Shown: positions 23,341-37,082, numbered from the whole stretch's first letter. The stretch is DNA of 63,336 nt, filler included, from Craspedostauros australis (GCA_030167865.1; 10 parts of 10 records of this genome joined end to end with filler, not necessarily neighbours in it); one strand, 5' to 3'. Notes: generated from the sequence alone by a model not told the origin. A program made the numbers and translations.

Positions 23341-26300
23341 GTGGACGACTGCACGGATCACTGCTGGAGTTTCTTTCTCAAGAACAAGAGTGATCAACCA
23401 GGATACATCAAACGATTCGTCCAGACGATCAAGTCACAGACTGGTGACCAACAGATCACCTTCCGAGGTGACAACAGCGGAGAGAACCAATCCACGGAGG
23501 ATATTCTCATCGATGCAGGACTCAACGTGAAATTCGAATACACGGCATCGAACACGCCGCAACAGAACGGTAGAGTAGAACGCAAGTTCGCGTACCTCTA
23601 CACCAAGATCCGCTCCATGCTCAACGGAGCACAGCTCAACGAAGAGTATAGGCATGGCCTATGGGCAGCAGCTACGAGCACTGACACCGCCATCGCCAAC
23701 ATCACCGTATTGAAGAACCAAAAGGAGTCACCACATCGACAATTCTTCGGCAACGATCCACCATATGCGGATGCACTCCGTACATTTGGAGAAGTGGGTG
23801 TTGTGAAGACTACCTACGGCAGGATCACCGCCAAACTCAAGAATAGAGGAGAAGAGATGGTGTTCATCGGATATGCACACCAACACGCATCAGGGGTCTA
23901 CAACATGTACAGACCATCAACCAAGTCACTAATCTGCTCACGTGATATCAAATGGCTCAACCAATCATACGGACAGTTCCGTGGCTGGGCACCAGCACCG
24001 AACATATCCAACGAAGCAGGAACAACGGTCGCAGACGGCTTCACGACCATCGGACGGAAGGGAGCATTGCCAAGGACGGCAACGCGTCGAACATCAGAAG
24101 CGAAGAGAGTGTCTTTCACCAACATGAACAAGTATCACATCCTATCAGACAGCGATGATGAGGATGATCAGGACGATGGAGCAGTAACCCAACTAGTCTA
24201 TAACGACGACGAAGATCGGAACGAATCCAATCATGAGGATGACAAGATCACACCATCCAGCGACGAAGCCAAAGATGATACAGGCATCACTCCTCCGAAC
24301 ACACCAGCGAGGTCTACACATGACACACCATCCAGACCTCCACCGAGCAAACCAAACAAGCGTGACATAGCTAGAAAGGAGAGAATCCAACGTCATAAAG
24401 CATGAGGCAGGAAGGGAGAAACCAATCCCAAGTCAACTGCAGGGAAGAGTGTTCCCAGAGCTCTGCGTGAGCTTGCAGACTTCAACGAACAAGGTCGAGA
24501 GGAAGAGGGTTATGAGAGCAAGTCATCATCCAATGACGATAGTGACGAACTGAGCGATGAGGTAACCGACGAGTCCAACAACGAAACTACAGATGACGAA
24601 GAAATCGAAGACGAAGATGAAGAGATCGAGATCACTCATCATAGCACAACAGGACTATACGGGATGAACGCAATCATCACTGAAGCACCAGCAATCGACA
24701 TCGGACTGTCGATGCAGGACAAGAACAAGGAACCAGAGAAGCACATCGAACCAACAACATTCGATGGAGCCTTCAATTACCCAGATCCCATCCATCGAAA
24801 GGGATATCAAGCAGCCATCAAGAAGGAGTTCGACTCCATGGATACACGCAAGGTGTACAGCAGGATCAAACGAGACGCCATCCCACGCGGCCGCAGATGC
24901 TGCAAATGCAAATGGGTCTTCAAGCTGAAACGCGACGGCACACATCGAGCGCGGCTCGTTGCATGTGGCTATTCACAAATCGCAGGAGTAGACTTCCAAG
25001 AGCATTACTCACCCGTCATCCACGACGTGACCTATCGGGTCATGATGGTGATCATGCTGATCAAGAAGATGGACTGCGCACTCGTCAATGTCATAACGGC
25101 ATTCCTACACGGAGACCTCGACGAAGAGATCTACATGAACTGTCCCAATGGGATGGATCATCAACCAGACGAAGCTCTGACCCTACATAAGCCAATCTAC
25201 GGACTTGTGCAGAGCGCCAGGCAGTGGTTCAAGATGTTGGTATCGACCCTCAAGAATATCAACTTCGAACAGAGCGCAGCGGATCCGTGCCTGTTCTACA
25301 GGAAGGCAAACAAAGGAAGCACGATCATGGCCATCTACGTGAACAATTGCTTCTGTTGCGGAGACTCCAAGGCACTGGAGACATTCCTGAAGGACATCCA
25401 AGGCAGCAAATTCAAGGTAACAATCCAGCGTGGACTCGGAGACTACCTCAGCTGCAACATCAAACTGAACCATGACAAGACCAGAGCGACATTGCGTCAA
25501 CCACATCTCATCCGACATCTCATCGAAGAGTTCGGAACCAAGGTTGAGAAGATGCAACGCTATGCAACACCGGGAACCCCAAGTCAAATCATTGTACGAC
25601 CATCCAAAGATAACGGACTGCAGAAGGTCGGACCGGAAGAACATGCCGAATATCGCCGAGGCGTCGGTATGCTACTCTTCCTCATCAAGCACTCGCGACC
25701 AGACATCGCGAACCCTGTGAGAGAGCTCTGCAAGGTATTGATCGGGCCCACCAAGGCTGCAATGAAGGAGATGTATTGGATCATCAAATATGTGATCGAT
25801 ACAAAGGACTATGGATTGAAGATCCATCCAGTGCGTCCAGACGACGACGGCTGGGACATGGAGCTCTTCTGCNNNNNNNNNNNNNNNNNNNNNNNNNNNN
25901 NNNNNNNNNNNNNNNNNNNNNNGATACAAAGGACTATGGATTGAAGATCCATCCAGTGCGTCCAGACGACGACGGCTGGGACATGGAGCTCTTCTGCGAT
26001 AGCGAACATGCAGGGGACAAGAACACGAGAATCAGTGTAGGAGGGTTCATCCTATACCTGTGCAAGGTGCCAACCCTTTGGCGATCCAAGGCACAGAAGG
26101 CCGTCACACTCAGCTCATCCGAAGCAGAATACGTTGCCCTTTCCNNNNNNNNNNNNNNNNNNNNNNNNNNNNNNNNNNNNNNNNNNNNNNNNNNNNNNNN
26201 NNNNNNNNNNNNNNNNNNNNNNNNNNNNNNNNNNNNNNNNNNNNNNNNNNNNNNNNNNNNNNNNNNNNNNNNNNNNNNNNNGCGGCACATCGACGTGCGC

Positions 26301-26459
26301 CATCACTACGTGAGGAACATGGTAATCAACAAGACCATCGAAATCATTTTCGTCAAATCCGAGCAGAACGCAAGCGACGGATTCACCAAGAACATCAAGG
26401 TCGACTTGCAACGAGAGCATGAGAAGTCGTACCTTGACACATCGAGAACACTCGAATGA
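23341..26459 (+). pseudogene. Second Ty1/copia pol (integrase-RT-RNase H), inactivated
   Basis: VDD..RGDNSGE..TPQQNGRVER; KWVFKLK..RARLVACGYSQ; IYGLVQSAR; FCDSEHAGD..LSSSEAEY..HIDVRHH. TGA at 24403-24405. RT aspartates read N (LVNVITAF, YVNN). Confidence 0.92.
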
Positions 26460-26470
26460 CCGAATGCACA

Positions 26471-26597
26471 CAGGAAGGGTGTCGAGATGTATATGTGTGT
26501 ATGTGCATCGTTCACCTGCTATTCTCTCATACTCATGTATGGATGGTACAACTACACGTGTGTCGATAGTATACTGTGATTTGTCAAAATCACATCA
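26471..26597 (+). repeat. PPT and start of 3' LTR of copia 2 (TG at 26480)
   Basis: CAGGAAGGG|TGTCGAG about 20 bp after the pol stop; the sequence runs into a gap. Confidence 0.6.
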
Positions 26598-26724
26598 NNN
26601 NNNNNNNNNNNNNNNNNNNNNNNNNNNNNCGGAAGGAAACTCGTGAACAAACATTTCTGAGAGCATCAGGAATCCTGTCCGTCCATCAACAGACAAAAAT
26701 GTATGGCATCAAGAAATGATCAAT

Positions 26725-27125
26725 GTACTTCCCAACTAAACCTCAAATGACAACATCCTTGCCAAGCCATTGCATCATCAATGGAATCTGGAGGACCGTG
26801 GAAGGCATGAGCTGATGTTGACAGGATGTCATCATGTCACCACGTCAACATCTGTCTCCACATCAGATCAAGAAGGTGAAGATTTGATGACCAAGGGANN
26901 NNNNNNNNNNNNNNNNNNNNNNNNNNNNNNGGACAAGACATTGGCAATTACTCACAGAGTAGCGGGCCAATAGAGAATGAGATGACAGAGTATATACCGA
27001 ATACGGAATACATATCAAGCACGGAATATTGCATGGTGTGAACACGCAATATTGAGAGAGAGAGAGAGAGAGAGAAAGAATATGATGAACAGCAAGAGAG
27101 CATCTCACGTGCCGACTCATAGTCG
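26725..27125 (+). repeat. Dispersed repeat, diverged homolog of 61085-61471 (minus strand)
   Basis: Shared blocks TACTTCCCAACTAAACCTCAAATGACAA, TGTCACCACGTCAACATCTGTCTCCACATCAGATCAAG, GCATGGTGTGAACA and a GA microsatellite, in the same order. Confidence 0.85.
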
Positions 27126-27267
27126 GAGAGACGCACCAAGAGCATCAGGCAGAGCAACAAGAGGCACNNNNNNNNNNNNNNNNNNNNNNNNNNNNNNNNN
27201 NNNNNNNNNNNTTAATTAATTAANNNNNNNNNNNNNNNNNNNNNNNNNNNNNNNNNNNNNNNNNNNN

Positions 27268-28378
27268 AGAAGAAGCCAGCCATCTGGAATCTGAATCAGA
27301 GGTGTGCCGCGATGGAGACCAAGAATCGCAGGACCCAGGAAGCGTGATCGACGTGGAAGCAGAGATCGCAAGCGGAGCGGTAATCAGCCACCCCAGACCT
27401 CCCGTCAGGCGATCCTCACGACCATCACCGGCGTCCAAAATCTTGACAGCCACGCGAGATGGACAAGGGTATACCGACAAGGTACGCCCAAAGCCCATGA
27501 TCCCAGCCGACCATTCCGTGGACAGCGCATCCGTCCCGGAGTCCGGCGACAGCGACGATTCTGAGTCCATCTACCGACCAGAAGGCAAGTCGACCAAACG
27601 AAACCAAGCGTCGCGACGACCCGGCTCTGGAGCCAGCAGCAAGCAAAACAACCGTCCCAAAAGAGAGGGGCTCTTCGATGAATCTGAGGATTCAACCGTT
27701 TCCTCGGGAATGTCAAGAATCAAGACGATCAAACAAGTCAGATCCGCCAAGAAAACCACGAGTGGGACCATCAACGCGAAAGGAACTCCCACCACGACCG
27801 CGGAGAATCCCCCCGATGCAGCAGAGCCGATGCCTCCCACAACCCAGGATGAGCAACCAGAGGTCCCTACACCACCGGAGGGGCCAACCGATGATGGCGT
27901 ACCGGTAGCAACCGCGTACCCGGCACCTGCGAACCACAATGAGGATGCGAACGCCAACACCCGCAGTTTCCCCGTCTTGAACCATCCCCTGCCATCGACA
28001 CCCAACACTCCGGAAACCAGCAACGCTAACAAGAGGGCCCGAACGGAACCCCGTCCAGCGATCGCATACCCATCGCCACGACGTCTTCGATCTGGGTACA
28101 TCATGTCCAGCAACCATGGACCAGCGATGATGCAACCATCCATCTTCCAGATGCCTCCCGACCCCACAGCTCAGATCAAGGCCGTCCTCCAAAACGACGA
28201 GAGAACCCCTATGGTCATCCAAACCCTCGCCGATATCCTTTTCTGCGGAGGGCTTGATCATATCAACCAAGTTCAGCAGGTCAGCATCACCTCCTCGTTG
28301 AACAAGGCATTGGAAGCCATGCTCTCCAACCGCCGCCAACGCCGCGGCTACTACGACAACAACGAACAGTCCGAATGA
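27268..28378 (+). CDS. Hypothetical low-complexity (S/P/T-rich) protein, 5'-truncated; possibly transposon-derived
   Basis: Open frame of more than 358 codons. Its stop overlaps the ATG of a following gapped ORF (ATGA at 28375-28378). Confidence 0.4.
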
Positions 28379-30213
28379 AGCCCGCTCGCCGCCATCTTGG
28401 GCGGCGGAACAAACCACACTACGANNNNNNNNNNNNNNNNNNNNNNNNNNNNNNNNNNNNNNNNNNNNNNNNNNNNNNNNNNNNNNNNNNNNNNNNNNNN
28501 NNNNNNNNNNNNNNNNNNNNNNNNNNNNNNNNNNNNNNNNNNNNNNNNNNNNNNNNNNNNNNNNNNNNNNNNNNNNNNNNNNNNNNNNNNNNACAGATCC
28601 AGAACCTTGAAGCGGATCTTCGGAATTCGTGTCAAGGAACCAATGGGGTTCCGATAACCAAGCTTCTGACACCCGCCATCGCCAAAACGCCGACGCACGG
28701 AACCAAAGCCACAACAACGAGCATCATCGCCCATTGTCTCTCACAGAACCCAGACGACGGATCTCGACCCACGGTACTCGGGCTACACAACCCATACGCA
28801 CTGTCAAACAGGACACCACAGGAGATTCCCCTCGAAGAGAAGAACCATAGCACTAATCTCATAATCCGCACGTTTCTTCACCATCTACCAGTATTCTNNN
28901 NNNNNNNNNNNNNNNNNNNNNNNNNNNNGTCCGGATCGCTTGCCAGTCAAGCCTCTGCCTACAGCTAAAGAACAGCCAACAAGACAACAGCCATTACGTT
29001 TGGGCTCTATTATTGCTACCACGCTGACATGACAGACAGGAGGAAGAGGAACAAGGATCATGCCTACCATCCTGGTTGATGGCCCATGGCACATCGCACC
29101 GCATCACATTACATCACATCACTCGCCACGCAACAAGAGTTTTGTGTTCACACCAACGATTCTGTGTGAGCACAAGGTAGAGTCACTCTCCGAAAATTTG
29201 AGATTCGCGAATAAGGCCCAAACGATGGAAGAAAAAAGAACGTGTTGGACTTCATGACCACTGCGACTAAATTAGAGCGAGTTTTAGGGTCAAACGAGTC
29301 GCGTAGCTCGTATTGGTCAAAGATTCTGTGACCGTACAGTCACAAGCAACCGAGGCGGAATGTTTGTGGCTGAAACAACACAGGGGAAAAACAAACAAAC
29401 AGAGCATGTGTCTTTGTTGGATTCATGGCATGCGGTCACGATCTGGTTCACAACAAGGAGTGTATCAGCAATACACCAACAACAGATAAGCAATAGAAGA
29501 CTGTCATCTGTGTGCCTGCGAGTGCTTCATTTCGCGTCCTGAGCACGCAAGCAAGCCAGAATCATTCGAATTAAAGCGTCAATGAGCACCGTAGCGTCTG
29601 TACGTTATTCACCTAATAGGTAGTTTTACCATGATTTTCAACCCTCCATAACTTTAAATGATTGGACGGAACAATTCTAGTTCTTGCCATATAATGTATC
29701 TGATGTAGGAAAAGAGATCTATGCAGTTAGTTTTAACATGGAAACGACGTTCCCGAGAAAGGTGTAACATTTTCACTGACCGTGGTCTTACTTCGCCACC
29801 AGTACCAATTTACTTCGCCACCAGTACCACCCACCCATGACACGCGATGCGCGTGCAAGCAACTCATAGTCGTATGCGTGCTCATACGCAGCCACTCATC
29901 GGTTTACGCATGACTACTCTACTATTATGCGACAGATGCTTTCCTGGTCACCCACCTACTCGTGGATACCAGGCCAATACGAGTGCTCCACCACCGATCG
30001 TGAAGACACCCCCAACCTGGCATCAACCCCAGCTGCGAAAAGAGGCGACCGAAAAGCCCACCCACACAAGAGGAAAGCGTTCACCGCATGCGAAAACCAA
30101 TGAAGGTGGCGGCTGGCGAAGGAATGGCGACAGTTCCTATTGCCGTTCGTTCTTTCCTTCCTCGGACTCCAAATCATCTCATAAATCCTTCATCTCGTTG
30201 ATGACGAAAAGCC

Positions 30214-33200
30214 ATGCATTCTCACTTCTACCAACGAATCCTTGCTGCTGTGCTGCTTGCGGCGCTTGCCGCTACGGCAGCGACATCCCCGATGTCAACG
30301 TTGACGGTGAGTACGAGCAAGATGGCACCTGTCACTGTTGTCTCGACGCGTGGGGGTTCCTTCTTTGCTGGCATTCTCGCCTTGCCGCATCCGCATCCAC
30401 AGACATACGCGTACGTGCATCCAATTCAATGACCTCATCCTNNNNNNNNNNNNNNNNNNNNNNNNNNNNNNNNNNNNNNNNNNNNNNNNNNGCCAATACG
30501 AGTGCTCCACCACCGATCGTGAAGACACCCCCAACCTGGCATCAACCCCAGCTGCGAAAAGAGGCGACCGAAAAGCCCACCCACACAAGAGGAAAGCGTT
30601 CACCGCATGCGAAAACCAATGAAGGTGGCGGCTGGCGAAGGAATGGCGACAGTTCCTATTGCCGTTCGTTCTTTCCTTCCTCGGACTCCAAATCATCTCA
30701 TAAATCCTTCATCTCGTTGATGACGAAAAGCCATGCATTCTCACTTCTNNNNNNNNNNNNNNNNNNNNNNNNNNNNNNNNNNNNNNNNNNNNNNNNNNNN
30801 NNNNNNNNNNNNNNNNNNNNNNNNNNNNNNNNNNNNNNNNNNNNNNNNNNNNNNNNNNNNNNNNNNNNNNNNNNNNTCCTTCTTTGCTGGCATTCTCGCC
30901 TTGCCGCATCCGCATCCACAGACATACGCGTACGTGCATCCAATTCAATGACCTCATCCTCAAATCAACCATGATTCTGCACCTTGCATTATACAATATT
31001 ATATTCTACATCACAACGCATTACTTCACATCACGTCGTGTCTCGTCCTTCATCACAAAACCAACAACTGAATCGAACTCAATTCAGACGCATGGCGCTG
31101 CCTCGGGCGAACACAGTATCCTACAGGAGCCATGCCTCGTCTCGGCACGTATCATTGGCGCTGCCGACGGAACGGATGCAACTGACTTATCTTGCATGCT
31201 CCAAGGCTCCGATGAGGAAGAACATGGGCCTGTGCATTTGACCATCGAAGGGCTGACGCCGGAATGGGCCAAGAACAACCAAGCATGGCCATTTTCCTCT
31301 TCCAAGTCCACGTTGTTTCTGGAGAATGTCATCATCGATGTCACCAACTTCTCCTTGAAGCTGCCGGACTTGACGACCGTCGATGACATGAAGATCGAGC
31401 ATCATCAACCAAGCGAGCAAAGCGATGGCCATGGACATGGTCGTTCTCTGACCACTCCTGATGTCCGTGGTTCTGGTGACAAGAAGTTCCTCCTCATCCA
31501 GGCCGTCTTCCAAACCGACTACACAGTTCCCAAATCCCTCATCAAAGACGAGATCTTCGGCGCTCAGCCCAACTTCACCGACCAGTTCGCGGCCATGTCT
31601 TTCGACAAGCTGAGGCTCTCCACCATGCCCACGAATGGGACAGATGATGGGATTTTGACATATGAGTTTTCACCTGATGTTGATCCCGCCACCCTCGAGG
31701 CAAAAACAGTTGATAATCTCATCTCGCAATATCTGAAGCAGGAGCTCAAGATCTATGATGACTTTGATTTCTTCTTGATCCTGGTCCCGTTCGGGTTGAA
31801 TGACTTTGGAACTGACTGGATCGGTAAGTGCCGACAAGGACCACACAACTTGTATCTTCCATATCAACATTTCGCACTGGTATCGTGACGAGCTCTACCC
31901 GTGCTCATACTCCTATCCAACCCATCTCACTCCACCGTGCAATACCATCTTTCTTCCGTGCGAATCAAACTCTCCCGATTATCAACGCGCACCAATGCAA
32001 CCGACACACCACTGATTCGCAGCGTACGCTTATGTCGACCAAAAGATCGGCATGTACAACGGTGTCGAAAACTATCCAGGCACGCACTGGGCAACCAACC
32101 CTTCCATCATCGTCCACGAACTCGGTCACAACTTTGGGCTTGGCCATTCCAATCAGAACGGGGTAGAGTACGGAGATTCCAGGTAAGCGCAGTTCATGTG
32201 CCAGCAGAGAGGGAGAGATTGGAGACGATCTGTGACATTCTGTATCAATCATTGTAGGCGGATGGACGATCGGACGCAAGAACGAACACAATCAAACTCT
32301 GGAGAGAGCACATTGGACGCGTCTGTCATGTTCTGATCCTCATCGCATGATAGGGACCTTCTTTCTCGTTCGAAGCCCATCTAACCCCCATCTTCGTGTA
32401 TCCTCCTCCTCCTCGTTGTTGCCGTTTTCTGGCCGATCGACTATTATTCCGCAGTGGCGCGATGGGTGGAGCAGTACTTAGTCCGCTTGGTAATGAAATT
32501 CTGATCGATAAGGTGGGGTACAACGGTAAGTGCTACGGTGCCGCCTTGTGGAGAGCAAGGACCCAGATGATTCCGGTCCAGGAGGAGTCTTGTCACCTCA
32601 GCACACGCGATGCGATGCGACGCTCTACGTACACTGCCTCACCAATCGTTACCTTCTCCATCGTTTCGTTCTTTACGTCCACGCCAAATCATTTCACACT
32701 CTCTTGCTCATGCTGCAAACCTACCCCTTCAATATCATTACTCATGCGCCTGCTCCACCACACATAGGTGCCAAGAGCTGGGTGATGGGGTGGTACTCCG
32801 ATCAGACCACATTGCTCACCGGAGGTCAAGACATCGACTTCGAGGGAAGGCTCTGCGGAGTGGTCGATTATGACCCCACTGACACCAGTTTCGACGTCAT
32901 CATCCGAATTGACGATCCTGAGAGTGAATTGAACTACTACATCGCCTTCAACAGAGCCATTGGCTTCAACGCCGATTCTCCACTGGGCAGGGATCAGGTC
33001 CTCGTGACAAGGGCACAAGACCACGGCACCACCCAGATGCGATTCTCTCATCTGGAGGCCATCCTGGACTTGGCACAACCATCGTACAGAATTGATGCCC
33101 AGTCGTCTTTGCTGGATGGAATCGTTGTTTCGGTATCCAACATCGATGATGACTCGACCACACCCATGTGTGCGACGGTGAGCGTGAAAGTGGTTTCCAG

Positions 33201-35079
33201 TCGATCGCCAACCGCGGCACCATCCGTTTCTGCGGCACCATCAATGTCATCAGTCCCAACCGGAATTTGCGACGTGTGGGAGTTCACAACGCCCAGCGAA
33301 TCTCGCTTCGATGAGCGCATTGAGTCATTCAGATTCGATGTTCGCATACTGGACAGCATCGAATTCACCGCCATCAAGGTCGTCGTGGCTCCTGAATTCA
33401 CCAACATGCCATACACGATCTTCTTCCGTCCAAGCGCCTGGGATGCCGATGGCGACTGGACTCAGATTGCATCAGGAAACAACGGAGAAACGGACTCGTC
33501 TGGCTTCACCCCTCCCCTCATATTTGATCAGCCCGTGGCGGTGTCTGCGGAGGATGACATTGTATCCTTCCGCATTGACATGGCCGACAGGTTGAGGACT
33601 TTGTCCTCATATTCTCTGATTGTGATCCCGGAGAGCTTCTTCGAGTGCCCAGACTGCCCATTCGAGGTATTCAGCGGACAAGGTAGCCTCGAAGTTGGAA
33701 ACAGACCGCCCAATTTCCGCGATGAGTTCCCCTTCTTCTTCGGCATCCTCGAATTCTGTCGGGATCTGAGCACCGAGATGCCAACTGGATCTGCCTCCCC
33801 CACTACGACAACATTGCCAACAACCCAGCCATCCGCAGGCCCCACACAGGCACCAACAGACACCTGCCGCGACGCAAAAACAGCAGGTCTCCCAAGAGAA
33901 TTCTATGACGACCCGGTCGCTTCAGTGCGACACGACATTAAGATTATGGATAGTGTCGACATCACAGGCATGAGGCTTGTCCTGCCATCGACGGGGAACC
34001 AACCATTCACAATCTTCTACCGCACAAGTACGTGGAATGCACCTGGGAATTGGGGAGAACTTGCATCGGGAATGATCGAGGCCAGAGGTGATGGTGAATT
34101 CACAGACGTGATTCCATTCGATCGACCTTTGGCTGTGTCCGAAAGCGACGACGTGATCTCCATCCGCATCGATACACGAACAAAAGCAGGGAATGAATTC
34201 TCGAACACCATCATTCCCATCCCTCCAGATTGGCTTGATTGCAACAATTGCCCATTCACTATCTTTACGGGAACGGCGAGTGCTGTTGTCGGCGATAATC
34301 CTCCTCCTCTCTACGAGGGTGATTTTGAGTACTTCATGGGTTCACTGGAATTCTGCAACGGCAACTCGATGATGCCGCCATCCGCGCTGTCATCTACGCC
34401 GTCATCCACGCTGTCGTTCACACCATCATCCGCGCCGTCGTCCGCACCGTCGTCCATGCTGTCGTCAACACCGTCATCTGCGCTGTCATCGATGCCGTCA
34501 TCCGCGCCGTCGTCCACGCCATCATCGATGCCGTCATCCGCGCCGTCATCCACGCCATCATCGATGCCGTCATCCGCGCCGTCATCCACGCCATCATCGA
34601 TGCCGTCATCCACGCCGTCATCCACGCCATCATCAATGCCGTCCTCCGCGCCGTCATCCACGCCATCATCGATGCCGTCATCCGCGCCGTCGTCCACGCT
34701 GTCATCCGCGCTGTCGTCCACGCCATCATCGATGCCATCATCGATGCCGTCATCGATGCCGTCATCCGCGCCGTCATCCACGCTGTCTTCCGCGCTGTCG
34801 TCCACGCCATCATCGATGCCGTCATCCGCGCCGTCATCCACGCCGTCATCCACGCTGTCATCCACGCTGTCGTCCGCGCCGTCGTCCACGCCATCATCGA
34901 TGCCGTCGTCCACGCTGTCGTCCACGCCGTCATCTGCGCTGTCATCCGCGCTGTCGTCCTTCCCTTCCTCTCAACCATCTTACCTGCGCAGCACGAAGGG
35001 GGCGAAATCATCCAAGTTGCACGAGTCATCAAAGAAGAGCAAGACGAAGTTTCTCAAGACATTCAACTCATTCAACTGA
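30214..35079 (+). CDS. Secreted zinc metalloprotease, peptidase M11 (gametolysin-like); exons 30214-30306, 31088-31823, 32023-32182, 32455-32525, 32768-35079
   Basis: Signal peptide MHSHFYQRILAAVLLAALAATAA; HELGHNFGLGH metzincin motif (32115-32147); EYGD; Met-turn GAMG; NGAKSWVMGWY. All introns are GT-AG with matching phases. The exon 1 region is duplicated by an assembly overlap. Confidence 0.88.
34372..34960 (+). repeat. 12-bp-period coding tandem repeat, S-[TAM]-[PL]-S stalk
   Basis: TCATCCACGCCG-type units over ~600 bp within the M11 ORF. Confidence 0.95.
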
Positions 35080-35729
35080 AGCAAGTCGCCGAAGAGCCCC
35101 AAATGAGACCACTCAACAAGTATGGATACTCGTGCATCCAGCTCCTGTAGCAGCAATGAAGGCAGATGGTGATCTCTCACCAGGCTGTGTCACAATCCTT
35201 GACCATGGGATGAGGGATACCATCGAAGTCTGAGGATTGAAGAATGAACGATCTACTCCATGATATGATACATGTTATAACGTCCCCAAATACACTACAA
35301 CCTGCCAATTTCCTCCGTCCGCACAGCTCGTAATAGTATGCAGACCGCTCGCAGAATACTGCTTGCATGTACTCCACGGTAGGTGTGCTTGCCGCCATTT
35401 TGATCGGATTCATGTTTATTCCGTGGTGATATGCTCCGAGTACGAGTACTTGTTGGTATACGGTCGAAGGCCAGACGGAGCAGCAAATGAACCCCTGTTC
35501 ACAGCCTCAGCAGAGACAACAGAGACGAGTCATAATAACTTCACATCACACACACACACACACTACTCGTATCGTCTCCCGATCATCACAGGTTATGAGG
35601 AAATACGCTTATACTATATAAGACAATCCCCATTGCTTCGTCACCCTCTCTGTATTTTGGAAATCCCCATCCAAACGCAGCTCGTCTCATCTCTCTCTTT
35701 GCTCAACGCCTCGTTCCATCATCGCCATC

Positions 35730-37082
35730 ATGCCCACGAGTGACAACCCCGACAAAACTCCGTTCCATGACACAGAGGAACTCTTCCGTCGCCTCAATTG
35801 GACATAGCTAGCTGACTTCTCCAAGCATTCCAAAATCGCCTCTGACAGTGAATTCACTGACTTCCTCGATACCTCTGAAGAGGAGTTCGAGGCTGTCTTG
35901 GACGGCTGGAAGTCTGGCTCCATCACTCGTTGCTTCGGGCTCCGCACTCTTCGCGCATACGTGGAAGCGAACCCTGATTTCGACACGTGGTTCACCACAC
36001 TGGAACGCCCCGTACTACGCACATTTGGCAAGGCCAAAAAGCCTCCCACTGTTCGCGACAAGTCTCCCCCTGAAGCCCATGGTGCCTCTGGTACCCTTGC
36101 ATCTGGTGGTACCACCAACAATGCCTGTCCCTCCAAACATGGTGATGCATCTACACCCCGCGGTGACATGCCTGTTGCAACTGCAGGTCGTGGTGTTGGC
36201 ACCAGCGATGCTCCTCTTGATGTTGGTGAGGAACCAGTGCTTGCCGTCGACTTCATCACCGGCTCTGGCCTTACCTACGCCATGGCACGCAACAACCCTG
36301 CCACTCTCCCTCATTTTCACTTCAAGGAGGTTCCCATGGTCATGGAGCCCTCGTATGCCGCCATTGGCTACTGGCAGCGCTGGGAACTGAAGCTTGCTGG
36401 AGACGCGCCTGCTGGAGTACTCAAGTGGTACACACAGCTCCAAGCGGAGGCTGCTGGTGTGGACATCCACATCTGTCTGCTTTCTGTGTTCAATCTGCAG
36501 TGCTCCATCATTCCGCACAACGCTTCATGCGAGCGTGTCATCTGCGCCGGCGAGTGGCCAAACAAGAAGTTGCAACAGAAGGACATCCTCGATCTGAACG
36601 ACCCTGCCATCTCCCTATTCTATTCTGGGACTTTTGGCATGTCGCCACATCACTTGTCATCCTTCCTTTTCCTTCATCAAGTGCTCTCTGATGCGTACAT
36701 GCGTGTTGCCAACACCGTGAGCCAAGCGCCTGAGTATGGCGATTTGCAAGACGTCATCAAGTTCGCCACGGCGTTGTTGGAGTTCCAACAGGCCAAGAGC
36801 GTCGTTCACCGTCGCACGATCACTGATGTGGAGCTCTCCTGCCGATTCCTCGAAGGTCTTCGCTCTCACCACATGCCTGTGGAGCACCATATCACATCTC
36901 TGTCCCTGGTGCCAGGCAACAAGCACATACCTCCTCACCTACACGTGTCGGCTCTTGCCCATACCATCCAAGGAGATCCCACTGCCTTGACGTCCAATGT
37001 TGGCCACCATGCGCAAACATGTTTGTCTGGGAAGTCTGGTGGTGATGGTTGTTGGAAATCCAGGGTTATAGTAGTAGACTAA
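35730..37082 (+). pseudogene. Degenerate ORF, possibly retrotransposon gag-like
   Basis: ATG 35730 is in frame with ORF 35898-37082 via one TAG (35805-35807). TATATAA lies about 110 bp upstream. Intronless and TG/CA-rich; no diagnostic motif recognised. Confidence 0.35.

Noticed and set aside
29973..30960. Apparent 519-bp tandem duplication including M11 exon 1
   Set aside because: Identical copies either side of a 50-N gap. The same overlap artefact occurs near 18573, 25873, 38159, 43665 and 62161.
34311..35032. Asp-rich and MTA-repeat ORFs on the minus strand
   Set aside because: Antisense shadows of the 12-bp Ser/Pro repeat.
35583..35600. CA-GGTTATG as a copia-type internal tRNA PBS
   Set aside because: Only 7 nt match and no LTR pair is visible.
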